A program made the position numbers and the translations under genes. This document shows positions 14,135 to 23,141 of a DNA stretch of 64,000 nt, piece after piece; within the stretch, counting starts at the first letter, position 1; each line of letters starts with the position of its first letter. The notes under the pieces are model-generated. The model saw only the letters and a list, made by a program, of their open reading frames with translations. It ran no database searches and was not told where the DNA came from. The DNA is taken from positions 104,744 through 168,743 of the forward strand of contig CAZUDO010000056.1 of assembly GCA_964618895.1 (NCBI GenBank). The letters are read 5' to 3'. Source of the stretch: an uncultured Candidatus Binatia bacterium (GTDB taxonomy: Bacteria > Desulfobacterota > Binatia > DP-6).

Positions 14135-14673
14135 GACGTTTCTTCGCGCTGGCCGCCATCGGCCAGGATCGTCCGGGGATCGTGGCCGATCTGGCCGAGC
14201 TGATCTACGACGCCGACTGCAATCTCGAGGACTCGAGCATGACCCTGCTCGGCCCCGAGTTCGCAGTCCTGCTGCTCCTCTCCGGCGCGGGGGCCGATCT
14301 CGAGCGCCGCCTCGCGACCGGCTGCAAACGCCTCGAGTGGGAGAGTCGGCTGACGATCTTCTTCCGCCCGCTGGAGGGCGAGCCGCGCCTGGCGTCGTCG
14401 GCAAGCGACGTGCGCACCCTCGAGTGTACGGTGACGGGTCTCGACAAGGCCGGTATCGTCGCGCGCGTGGCGCGGACGCTCGCCGATCGCGGGGCGAACA
14501 TCACGGCCCTCACCACGCAGGCCCGTCCCGCGGCAGAGTCGGGCGCGCCGATGTTCACCATGCGAGTGCGGATGGCCGTGCCCGCGTCGGTTGCGGTCGA
14601 TGCGCTCGGGGCCGATCTCGACCGGCTGGCGCGGGATCTCGGGGTGGACTTGACCCTCGGCGACGGCGCCTAA
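14131..14673 (+). CDS. Tandem ACT-domain protein (GcvR/COG2716-like regulator)
   Basis: MRRFFALAAIGQDRPGIVADLAELIYDADCNLEDSSMTLLGPEFAVLLLLSG is typical of glycine-cleavage repressor-like ACT pairs; a second ACT domain follows (GLDKAGIVARVARTLADRGANI); overlaps the larB stop. Confidence 0.7.
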   Translation: MRRFFALAAIGQDRPGIVADLAELIYDADCNLEDSSMTLLGPEFAVLLLLSGAGADLERRLATGCKRLEWESRLTIFFRPLEGEPRLASSASDVRTLECTVTGLDKAGIVARVARTLADRGANITALTTQARPAAESGAPMFTMRVRMAVPASVAVDALGADLDRLARDLGVDLTLGDGA

Positions 14674-15458
14674 CGGCCGAGCTGCTCGTCGGCCCAGCGC
14701 AGACCCGACGGCGTCTCGAGGCCGGCGGGCTCGAAGAGCGTCGAGGGGGCGTCGGGCGCCGTGCGCCAGGTGAGCGCGATGCGCGTGCTCCTGCTGGGAT
14801 CGAATCGTTCCACGATCACCGTCGCGGGTCGCCAGCCACCGCCGAGGTTGGTGAGGTCACCATCGCGGCGGATCTTGGCGAGGTGCCCGATCGAGTCCGC
14901 GTAGTACTGTGTCTTCACGATCGCGTGCCGCTCGCGGTCGATGGTGTGGACCACCAGCACGTAGGGGCTCCGGCCCGTGGGTGCGCTTGTGATCACGACT
15001 CCCGTCGGACCGTCGTCACTGATCTGCGGTAAGGCCAGCGAGGCCGGCGTGAACACGGCGAGATCGCGCAGGAGGACGCCCGTGTCGCCGAGTGCTGCGT
15101 CGGGTGACGCCGCCACGGCATGACCATCCTTTGCGATGTGAATGCCGTCGGGCCGCACCAAGGCGCGCTGGCCGTCCCGCGCTTCCACGTACACGACGTC
15201 TCCGCGACCCAGCAGGACGCCCCGCTGTGTCGTGCAGGCCGGGGTGCATTCGATCCGGAGATCGGCCTGCAAGGGCACACCGTACCGTGCACCCGCCGCC
15301 ACGGTGTCCAGGATCTGGGCGAGGGATTCGGCGCCGAATGCCTGCAGTGCCCCGCCGAGCAACACGCCGAGCCCCACGGGCCACCAGAAGCGGTGCGGCT
15401 TGTGTAGGGCGGTGATCGCTGGCAGGGGAGTCGGGGGCCGCGGCAGCATGGGGTGCAT
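14670..15458 (-). CDS. Hypothetical secreted/periplasmic protein (possible LolA-like fold)
   Basis: A 262-aa ORF with an N-terminal hydrophobic signal-like segment (WWPVGLGVLLGGALQAFGA); no strong family motif recognised. Confidence 0.55.
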   Translation of the reverse strand: MHPMLPRPPTPLPAITALHKPHRFWWPVGLGVLLGGALQAFGAESLAQILDTVAAGARYGVPLQADLRIECTPACTTQRGVLLGRGDVVYVEARDGQRALVRPDGIHIAKDGHAVAASPDAALGDTGVLLRDLAVFTPASLALPQISDDGPTGVVITSAPTGRSPYVLVVHTIDRERHAIVKTQYYADSIGHLAKIRRDGDLTNLGGGWRPATVIVERFDPSRSTRIALTWRTAPDAPSTLFEPAGLETPSGLRWADEQLGR

Positions 15459-15526
15459 CTTCGCCGAGCCTCTCGAGCTGTCAAGTCTCGAGCTGTCAAG
15501 TAAGGACTGACGAGGACTGGGTCACC

Positions 15527-16324
15527 GTGCGACGAGTCACGACACAGGCGGTGCTGGTGGTTTTGGTGCTGGGGCTGGCGGCATGGATCGCCTATCCCGT
15601 CCTGCGTGCACGTGTCCTCGCCCTGGAGGAGACCTCGGCTGCGCGCGGCCTACGCCTCGCCCACGAGCTGGGATGTTTCAGCTGTCACGGGCCGGGCGGT
15701 ACCGGCGGAACGCCCAACCCCGGGAGCGAGGAGGGCAGCGTGCCGGCGTTCACCGAACGCACGCAGATGATGTACGTGAAGACGACCGATGACCTGCGCG
15801 GCTACATCCTGGATGGGGCCCCGCAACGCAAGCGCGACGACCCGGACTATCGGGCTCGGATGGGTGCCGCCGCCGTGCAGATGCCTGCCTACCGCGGATA
15901 CATCACGGACGCCCAGGTCGACGACCTGGTCGCGTACCTGCGTGCGGCGTCCGATCAAGTCCTTCCGGAACAGACGCTGGCGGCGAAGGGCGCCGAGCTG
16001 GCGATGGCGAACGGGTGCCTCGCGTGCCATGGACCGCTCGGGGCGGGGGGAGTGGCGAACCCCGGATCGTTCAAGGGCTACGTCCCCGCGTTCTGGGGCG
16101 CCGATTTCGACGACCTCGTGCGCGACGACGAGGAGTTGCGCCAGTGGATCGTGGCCGGCAAGATCCCGCGCATCGCCGAGCATCCCATCGGCCGCTACTT
16201 CTTCGAGCGTCAGGTCATCACGATGCCGGCCTACGAACGCTTTCTCGCCCCGACCGATGTCGATGCCTTGGTCGCGTACGTCCGCTGGATCCGCGCCGGT
16301 GCCTGGCGCCCGTTGCTTCACTAG
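15527..16324 (+). CDS. Dihaem c-type cytochrome
   Basis: N-terminal transmembrane/signal segment and two CxxCH haem-binding motifs (CFSCHG and CLACHG), each followed by a GxxNPGSxxG-type segment. Confidence 0.85.
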   Translation: MRRVTTQAVLVVLVLGLAAWIAYPVLRARVLALEETSAARGLRLAHELGCFSCHGPGGTGGTPNPGSEEGSVPAFTERTQMMYVKTTDDLRGYILDGAPQRKRDDPDYRARMGAAAVQMPAYRGYITDAQVDDLVAYLRAASDQVLPEQTLAAKGAELAMANGCLACHGPLGAGGVANPGSFKGYVPAFWGADFDDLVRDDEELRQWIVAGKIPRIAEHPIGRYFFERQVITMPAYERFLAPTDVDALVAYVRWIRAGAWRPLLH

Positions 16325-16369
16325 CTAGGAGGCGCCGGCACGCCGGCGATCACGTGCCCCACAGGGCCG

Positions 16370-17181
16370 TCAGCTCGGCGGCGCTCCGTTCACGATCCAC
16401 GTCAGGATCGTGAACAGCTCCGCGTCGGGCAGCGGCAGCTGGCCCGTCGGCATCCGCGTCGGGCTGCTGGCAGGCAGGCCTTGACCGAGAATCTTCCGTG
16501 CCAGGTAGCTCCGCTTGATGCTGCCTGCCTGTACGAGGGGGAACTTGCCGACCTCGGTCGAGGGTACGTTGACGAGGCTGGCATGTGCAGTGCCGGTCTG
16601 CAGCGAGAGGCCCTGACTGCGGGTGATCGCGTCGTGGCATCCCGCCGTAGCGCACTTGGCTGTGAAGATGGCCTGCACGGCCGCGAAAGGCGGCGGGGTG
16701 GAACCGGGCTGACACGTGAGCCGGAGCTTGTCCTTGTCGGGCTTTGCCCCTGCGCGCACCGTCACGGTGAGCTTCGCGACGCCCGGCTTGATGCCTGCCA
16801 GCGCGACGCGGAGTGGAACCGAGAGTCCGGCCGTGGTGCAGCCGGCTCCCCCGGCGATGGTCCCGAGCGTGGCGGCAAGCGCCTGGCCAACCGGGCTGCT
16901 CGCGGGCTTCACCGATACCGTGAGTTGGCCCGGCGCGCAGGGAGCGACATTCGCGACGGCTTGCAGTCCGAACGTGCACGTTCCGTTGGCCTGGCCGTCG
17001 AGATCGCAGGCGTCACCGTCGACGCAGGTCGTGATCAGGCCGGGGATGCCGGCCCATTCGACGATGCAGTCGGTCGCGGCAGGCCCGCCGCCAGGAAGCG
17101 TCGGTGCGGGGCAGAGGGTCGACCCGGCGCGTACGGGGTCGGTGGCGAGGACGAGCGCGAGGACAGCGAATGGTACGATCA
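16370..17181 (-). CDS. Secreted Cys-rich protein with a C-terminal planctomycete-type cytochrome-c-like (PSCyt1-like) domain
   Basis: Signal peptide MIVPFAVLALVLATDPVRAG; C-terminal FTAKCATAGCHD...GLSLQ...GG...SYLARKI...MP...LPLPDAELFTILTWIVNGA resembles PSCyt1; start taken at the internal ATG. Confidence 0.6.
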
Positions 17182-17383
17182 TGGGCGCAGGATTCCGGAG
17201 CATTCGTTCGGAGTCAACGTACGCGCATCGGCCCGTGCGCTCGCTGCGTGGCATGCGGGCACACCGCGCCGCCCGGATCGTGGCGATCATGCGCTCGGGT
17301 ACGACGTCGCGTCCGGAAGCGCGGCGACCGAGGAGCGTGTTTTTGGAGCGGGTGGGAGCCGCCTGACGGCCTCCCGCGGCGGG

Positions 17384-17602
17384 TCACGCCTTGCTGACGT
17401 TCGCGGCCTGGAGGCCCTTTGGGCCCTGTGTTACCTCGAAGGCGACGCGCTGGCCTTCATCGAGCGTACGAAAGCCACTGCCGCTAATCGCGGAGTAGTG
17501 TACGAAGACGTCCTCACCCTCGTCGGTGGTGATGAAACCGTATCCCTTCTGGCTGTTGAACCACTTCACTTTGCCCTGAGCCACGGTCTTTCCTCCATTC
17601 AA
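17384..17602 (-). CDS. cspA: Cold-shock protein (CspA family)
   Basis: [30 protein letters not shown], with the RNP1/RNP2 motifs, 72 aa. Confidence 0.95.
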   Translation of the reverse strand: MNGGKTVAQGKVKWFNSQKGYGFITTDEGEDVFVHYSAISGSGFRTLDEGQRVAFEVTQGPKGLQAANVSKA

Positions 17603-17782
17603 AAACTGCTCACGGCGCCGGACACTTGAGGAAAAGACGATGCTGCCTTCGCCTCAACAACCAGCGAGCGGCCCGGTCGATAGCATAGCGGCAAGTCGCG
17701 ACGCAACAATGAAGTGAGGTGCGATACGCCGTGGCGACGGTGCCTTGCAAAGGTGCCGCCCGTTCCCTAAGAGGAACCCGCG

Positions 17783-18775
17783 ATGGCAGCGCTGGCCGAA
17801 CACGCGCCGGTGGCAGTCACGCCGCGCCGGCGGCGCCGGCGGCCCGTCCCGGCGCGTACGCCGTCTCCGGTGCGCGAGTGGCTGGAGTACGTCGCCCTGC
17901 GTGCGTTCATGGGGGCGCTCGGCGCGATGCCCCTTGCGATCGCCGTGCGGGTGGGAGCGCTGCTGGGTGCGCTCGGCTACCTGATCGACGTGCCCCATCG
18001 GCGTGTCGGGATGCGCAATCTCGCGCTCGCGTTCCCGGAGAAGCCGCTCGCCGAGCGCCGGCGGATTTTGCGGCGATCGTTCCAGAACCTCGGGCGCATG
18101 GCCGTCGAACTCGCCCACCTTCCTCGCCTGTCGGCTCCGGAACTCGAGCGTATGGTCCGGTTCGAGGACGAGCAGTGGTGGCGCGAGGCGATCGCCTGGG
18201 AACGGCCGACGGGGGTGCTCATACTGAGCGGACACTTCGGCAACTGGGAGCTTCTCGTGTTCGCGCACGGGATGCGGGGTCACCCCGTGCACCTCGTCCA
18301 CCGCGCGATCGCCAATCGTCGGATCGACCGGTGGCTGCAGGAGCTCCGCGCGCGTGCCGGTACACACATGATCCGCAAGAGTGCCGCCGCCGGCGCCGTC
18401 CTGCATGCCCTTCACGCGCGCGGGCTGCTCGTGCTCCCGATCGATCAGAACTCCACGCGTCGGCTCGGGGTCTTCGTCGATTTCTTCGGCGAGCCCGCCA
18501 GCACGAACTCCGGCATGGCGCGCATCGCGTTGCGTGCCGACGCGCCGATCGTGCCGGTCTTCATCGTGCGCGAGGGAGGCAGCGCACGCCATCGCGTGCA
18601 CGTGCTGCCGATCATGGAGGTGGAGCGGACCGGCGACTCCATGGCGGATATCCGTGGCAACACCCAGCGCTTTACCGCCGTCTTCGAAGACATGGTCCGG
18701 CGCTATCCCGACCACTGGCTGTGGATGCACAAGCGCTGGAAGACCCGCCCGGCGGGGGCGCCGCGCCTCTACTAA
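17783..18775 (+). CDS. Lipid A biosynthesis (Kdo2-lipid IVA) acyltransferase, LpxL/HtrB family
   Basis: HFGNWE catalytic motif, PIDQN, a membrane-anchoring N-terminal segment, about 330 aa. Confidence 0.8.
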   Translation: MAALAEHAPVAVTPRRRRRRPVPARTPSPVREWLEYVALRAFMGALGAMPLAIAVRVGALLGALGYLIDVPHRRVGMRNLALAFPEKPLAERRRILRRSFQNLGRMAVELAHLPRLSAPELERMVRFEDEQWWREAIAWERPTGVLILSGHFGNWELLVFAHGMRGHPVHLVHRAIANRRIDRWLQELRARAGTHMIRKSAAAGAVLHALHARGLLVLPIDQNSTRRLGVFVDFFGEPASTNSGMARIALRADAPIVPVFIVREGGSARHRVHVLPIMEVERTGDSMADIRGNTQRFTAVFEDMVRRYPDHWLWMHKRWKTRPAGAPRLY

Positions 18776-18782
18776 TAAACCC

Positions 18783-19112
18783 GTGCCCACCGTCCGGAAG
18801 ACCCCACGACGTGCCCGACCCGTCGGCAGCACGTCCCCCAGCCCGGCGACGCTTCGGCGCCGCCTGGCCCGGACACTGGCCGAGCAGGCGGCCGAGCGGA
18901 CGGCGCATGCCCGGCGCGTGGCTGCCCTCCGGCGCGCGCAGGACCGCAGAATCGCCGCGCTGGTGCAGGACATTGCCAGCCTGCGCCACCACGAAGCCCG
19001 GGTCGAGGCGCTGACCCGTCTGGTGGCCGAGCGTGATGCGGCCCTGGGCGTCCAGGCGACCCGTATCGCCGAGCTCGAGACCCTCTTGCAACACCCCACC
19101 CCTCTGCGCTGA
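18783..19112 (+). CDS. Small Arg/Ala-rich coiled-coil hypothetical protein
   Basis: GTG-start ORF in frame, 109 aa, heptad-like AALRRAQDRRIAALVQDIASLRHHEARVEALTRLVAERDAAL; it ends 25 bp before the response-regulator gene; coding status uncertain. Confidence 0.3.
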   Translation: MPTVRKTPRRARPVGSTSPSPATLRRRLARTLAEQAAERTAHARRVAALRRAQDRRIAALVQDIASLRHHEARVEALTRLVAERDAALGVQATRIAELETLLQHPTPLR

Positions 19113-19137
19113 GATCGGTCCTGAGGGGGGTTCCCCG

Positions 19138-19788
19138 ATGCCGAAGCTTCGTGTCCTGCTGGTGGACGACCACACCGTGGTCCGTCAGGGACTGCGGCGC
19201 ATCCTCGAAACCGATGACGACATCGAGATCGTCGGTGAGGCGGGGAACGGGCGGAGCGGTGTCGAGCTCGTGCTGCGCCTCCATCCGAACGTCGTGTTGA
19301 TGGACATCGCGTTGCCGGAGCTGAACGGAATCGAGGCGACGCGCCAGATCATGAAGCGAGGCGATGGGGCGCGCGTCGTGATCCTCACCATGCACGCGGA
19401 TGACGTGTTCGTGCGCCAGAGCCTCAAGGCGGGGGCGCGTGGCTACCTGCTCAAGGACTCCGAAGACCTCGACCTGCTGCGGGCCGTGAAGGCGGTTGGA
19501 CGGGGGGGCTCGTACTTCAGCCCGGTCATCTCGAAGGTTTTGCTCGAGGGATACCTGGGCGAGGCGGGCGCACGGGAGATCGAGGACAACCTCGCGCTGC
19601 TGACGGATCGGGAGCGGGAGGTGCTCCAGCTCATCGCCGAAGGCAAGACGAACAAGGAGATCGCGAGCCTTCTCGGGGTAAGCATCAACACCGAGGAAAC
19701 CCATCGCAAGCACATCATGGAGAAGCTCGACCTGCACAACACGGCCGAGATCGTGCGTTTCGCGGTCCGGAAGAAGGTCGTCCTGTAG
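19138..19788 (+). CDS. NarL/FixJ (LuxR-family) response regulator, orphan
   Basis: Receiver domain LRVLLVDDH...LMDIALPELNGIEA; C-terminal HTH LTDREREVLQLIAEGKTNKEIA; GGGG RBS upstream; no adjacent histidine kinase. Confidence 0.9.
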   Translation: MPKLRVLLVDDHTVVRQGLRRILETDDDIEIVGEAGNGRSGVELVLRLHPNVVLMDIALPELNGIEATRQIMKRGDGARVVILTMHADDVFVRQSLKAGARGYLLKDSEDLDLLRAVKAVGRGGSYFSPVISKVLLEGYLGEAGAREIEDNLALLTDREREVLQLIAEGKTNKEIASLLGVSINTEETHRKHIMEKLDLHNTAEIVRFAVRKKVVL

Positions 19789-19941
19789 GGCGCGAGTTGG
19801 CGCCGGCGCTTGACAGCTCGCAGCGCCGCGGGGGATAGCCGATCGCTTGAAGACGACGCGCGACGAGGCCCCGGAACGACCGGGATCGGCCCCCGCACGC
19901 ACCGCTGCGGCCGAGGCGGTGGCCCGGGAAACGGAGCACGC

Positions 19942-20943
19942 GTGCGCGCGTTGATCACCGCGTCGTTCGACGAGCAGGCCAAAGTGCGCCTCGGCCGGCA
20001 CATGGAGGTCGTGCACGAGGACTGGAAAATCCGTCACGCGATCTACTTCGACGGGACGGAGTTCGCTGCCCGCATCCGCGACGTGGGGGCGGATGTGCTC
20101 ATCGTCGAGGCCGACCTGGTGCATGCGGAGGTGCTCGAGGCCTGCCCGCTCCGCCTGATCGGGTGCTGTCGCGGCGAGCCGGTGAACATCGACCTCGAGC
20201 TCGCGACCCAGAAGGGCATCCCGGTCTTTCACGCCCCCGGACGCAACGCCGACGCCGTCGCCGACCTGACGCTCGCCTTCATGTTGATGCTTCTCCGGCA
20301 CCTCGGGGCCATCGCCGACACCTTCCGCGGCGGCGGCCCGCGCGTGGAGAGTGCGGGGGACTACCTCAAGATGTACACCCGCTTCACCGGCGCCGAGCTG
20401 GGGGGACGTACGGTCGGGCTCGTGGGCTTGGGTGCCGTGGGACGTGAGGTCGCCGCACGGCTGCGGCCGTTCAAGACGCGCGTCATCGCGTACGATCCCT
20501 ACGTCACGACACCGCCGCCGGACGTGACGCTGTGCAGCCTCGAGGAGCTGCTCCGCACCGCAGACCTCGTGTCCCTGCACGCACCGGTTACCCCCGAGAC
20601 GGAGGGGCTGCTGTCGGCAGAGCGTCTGGCGCTGATGAAGCCGGGCGCCTACTTCGTGAACACGGCACGTGCCGCTCTGACGGACGAGGACGCGTTGCAT
20701 GCCATGCTGGCTGCTGGCCGGCTCGCCGGGGCGGCGCTCGACGTGCTGACGGACGAGCCCCTGCGCCCCGGCAATCGGTTTCTCACCCTACCGAACGTGA
20801 TCGTCACCCCGCACGTCGGGGGCGCGACGGCGGACGTCGTGCGGCACCAGAGCAACATCGTCGTCGACGCGATCGAGCGCCACCTGCGCGGGGAGCGCCC
20901 CCCGCACGTAGCCAACCCGGCCGTGTTCGACCACCGCTCCTGA
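19942..20943 (+). CDS. D-isomer-specific 2-hydroxyacid dehydrogenase (NAD-binding)
   Basis: GLVGLGAVGREVA Rossmann motif; catalytic region including PHVGGAT; GTG start with GGAAACGGAG RBS preferred over the upstream ATG. Confidence 0.85.
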   Translation: MRALITASFDEQAKVRLGRHMEVVHEDWKIRHAIYFDGTEFAARIRDVGADVLIVEADLVHAEVLEACPLRLIGCCRGEPVNIDLELATQKGIPVFHAPGRNADAVADLTLAFMLMLLRHLGAIADTFRGGGPRVESAGDYLKMYTRFTGAELGGRTVGLVGLGAVGREVAARLRPFKTRVIAYDPYVTTPPPDVTLCSLEELLRTADLVSLHAPVTPETEGLLSAERLALMKPGAYFVNTARAALTDEDALHAMLAAGRLAGAALDVLTDEPLRPGNRFLTLPNVIVTPHVGGATADVVRHQSNIVVDAIERHLRGERPPHVANPAVFDHRS

Positions 20944-20950
20944 CGGACTC

Positions 20951-22459
20951 GTGGATACGTTTCTCACGCTCGATGCGGGTACGGGTTCGGGGCGCTGCAT
21001 CGCCTTTGATGCGCGTGGCCGCGTGCTCGCCTCGGCACAGGAGGCCTTCGCGTACCATTCGTTCGTCGATCCGGTGATGCCGTTTCTGCGCGGATTCGAC
21101 CTCGACGTGGCGCAGTTCCGCGGCGCCCTCGCCCGCTGTGCACGGGCGGTCGTCGGCGCGCTGCCGGCGGACGCGCAGCTCCGCGGCATCATCGCCACCA
21201 GCCAGCGGGAAGGATGTGTGTTCCTCGACCGAGCGGGCGACGTGCTCTACGCCGGACCAAACCTCGATGCGCGCAGCGTCGCCGAGGGCATGGAGGTCGA
21301 GCAGATCATCGCTCCCGCCCGCCTGCATGCGGTGACCGGCCACGCGCCCCCGTACATCTTCCCCGTCGCCCGCTATCTCTGGTTCCGCAAGCATCGGGAC
21401 GCCGGCCAGATCGCGCGCCTCCTCATGCTGAACGACTGGATCACGTATCTGCTCTCCGGGGTGCAGGTGGCGGAACATTCCAACGCCAGTGAGTCGATGC
21501 TGTACGATGTGTCGACACGCGCGTGGTCGACCGAGATCCTCGCCGCGCTCGACATCCCGGCCGACATCCTGGCACCTCTCCGCATGGCGGGTACGCTCGT
21601 GGGCACCGTCACGGACGAGGCGGCCGCGCTGACGGGTATCCCCGCGGGGACGGCCGTGTTCGCGGGCGGTGCCGACACGCAGAGTGCGCTGCTTGGATCG
21701 GGTGTCCACGAGCCCGCACAGGCGGGGGCGGTTCTGGGGACGACGAGCCCGGTGCAGATGGTGACCGAGCGACCCCTCCTGGATCCCGCCGCCAACCTGT
21801 GGACGAGCCCGCACGTGGTGCCGGATCGTTGGGTGCTCGAGAGCAACGCAGGCGACACCGGGGGCGCGTATCGCTGGCTCCTCGAGCTCGCGTTCGGTGC
21901 GAGTGATGCGGCGGGCCATGCCGCCGCGGAGCAGGCGATGGCGAGCGTCGCGGTGACCGAACGGCAGGTCATCTGCCACTTGGGGCCGGTGATCTTCAGC
22001 CTCCGCGACATGAGCCCGTTCAAGCCCGCGGGCATGTTGTTCCGGTTCCCGTTTCTGCACAGCGATCGTCCGGCCCGCGGAGACCTCCTGCGCGCCTACC
22101 TGGAGAGCGTGGCGTTCGCCATCCGCGGCAATTGCGAGCAGGTGACCGCGATCATGGGCCGCCCCCTCACCGCGCTGGCCGTGAGCGGAGGCATGACCCA
22201 GAGCCCGACGCTGGTCACCCTGCTCGCCAATACGCTCGGCGTGCCGCTGGCGGTGGCGACCGTGCCCGAAAGCGCGAGCCTGGGCTCGGCCATCCTCGCG
22301 GCCGTCGGTGCCGGCGTGCATGCGAGCATTCCCGAGGCGGTGGCCGCCATGACCGACGCGCGGCCCGTCGACCCCGATCCGGCGGCGCAGCGCGAGTGCG
22401 ATGCGCGCTACCGGAAGTGGCGGGAGGTGTACGACCTCCTGCAAACATGGACGCTCTGA
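20951..22459 (+). CDS. FGGY-family carbohydrate kinase (LsrK/xylulokinase-like)
   Basis: N-terminal LTLDAGTGSGRCIAFD (the FGGY_N motif also seen in autoinducer-2 kinases); C-terminal SGGMTQS segment; 502 aa. Confidence 0.85.
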   Translation: MDTFLTLDAGTGSGRCIAFDARGRVLASAQEAFAYHSFVDPVMPFLRGFDLDVAQFRGALARCARAVVGALPADAQLRGIIATSQREGCVFLDRAGDVLYAGPNLDARSVAEGMEVEQIIAPARLHAVTGHAPPYIFPVARYLWFRKHRDAGQIARLLMLNDWITYLLSGVQVAEHSNASESMLYDVSTRAWSTEILAALDIPADILAPLRMAGTLVGTVTDEAAALTGIPAGTAVFAGGADTQSALLGSGVHEPAQAGAVLGTTSPVQMVTERPLLDPAANLWTSPHVVPDRWVLESNAGDTGGAYRWLLELAFGASDAAGHAAAEQAMASVAVTERQVICHLGPVIFSLRDMSPFKPAGMLFRFPFLHSDRPARGDLLRAYLESVAFAIRGNCEQVTAIMGRPLTALAVSGGMTQSPTLVTLLANTLGVPLAVATVPESASLGSAILAAVGAGVHASIPEAVAAMTDARPVDPDPAAQRECDARYRKWREVYDLLQTWTL

Positions 22460-22481
22460 CCGTGGCAGTGCGGAGACGGCC

Positions 22482-23141
22482 GTGAGCGTCATCCGAGGGG
22501 TCCTCTTCGACCTCGATGGGGTACTCGCCGACACCGAGCGGCTGCATTGGCTCGCCTATGGACGGGTGCTCGCGGAGTTCGGAGTCGAGGTGGGGCTGGC
22601 GGAGTACGGCGCCCAGTGGACCTCGACCGGACGTGGACCGGAATACGCGTGCCGGACCTATGCGTTGCCCCTCACGCCCGACGAGTTGCGCGCCCGCAAG
22701 GCGCCCGTCTACCTGGCCCTGCTGCACGAGGGAGTGACGGCGTGCCGCGGTGCCCGGGCGGCGGTCGAGCGCCTGCGCCCGTCGCGTCGGGTGGCGGTGG
22801 CGACCAACGCGGCGCGCGGCGAGGTCGGGCTGGCGCTCGGCCAGCTCGGTCTCGCCGACGCGTTCCACGCGGTGATTGCGCGCGAGGACTACGGGCGGGC
22901 CAAGCCGGCGCCCGACGCCTACCTGACCGCCGCGGCGGCTGTCGGCCTGACGCCGGCCGAGTGCATCGTGGTCGAGGACTCCGGCCGCGGCGTGCAGGCC
23001 GCGGTGGCCGCGGGCATGCGGGTGATCGCCGTGCCGGGGGAGCTCACGCGCGACAACGATTTCAGTGCGTGCGTGTGCCGGCTGCCGGATCTCGACGCCC
23101 TCACCGCCGCGCTCCTGGAGTCGCTCGAGCAGGCGGGATGA
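22482..23141 (+). CDS. HAD-superfamily hydrolase (beta-phosphoglucomutase/phosphatase-like)
   Basis: VLFDLDGVLADTE (DxDxT motif I), the conserved K in RAKPAPD, and VVEDSGRGVQAAVAAGM (motif IV); GTG start; the stop overlaps the next gene's ATG. Confidence 0.8.
   Translation: MSVIRGVLFDLDGVLADTERLHWLAYGRVLAEFGVEVGLAEYGAQWTSTGRGPEYACRTYALPLTPDELRARKAPVYLALLHEGVTACRGARAAVERLRPSRRVAVATNAARGEVGLALGQLGLADAFHAVIAREDYGRAKPAPDAYLTAAAAVGLTPAECIVVEDSGRGVQAAVAAGMRVIAVPGELTRDNDFSACVCRLPDLDALTAALLESLEQAG

Noticed and set aside
16325-16369. GC palindrome (gcgccggcacgccggcg) between convergent cytochrome genes as a bidirectional terminator
   Set aside because: The stem is short and imperfect and lacks flanking T/A runs; it is recorded only as a remark inside a finding, not as a feature.
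17603-17782. tRNA or small RNA in the 180-bp gap upstream of cspA / lpxL
   Set aside because: No tRNA-like T-arm (GTTCRANYC) or cloverleaf is evident; the region is best explained as the long cold-shock 5' UTR of cspA plus the lpxL promoter. The other intergenic gaps are too short for a tRNA or rRNA gene.
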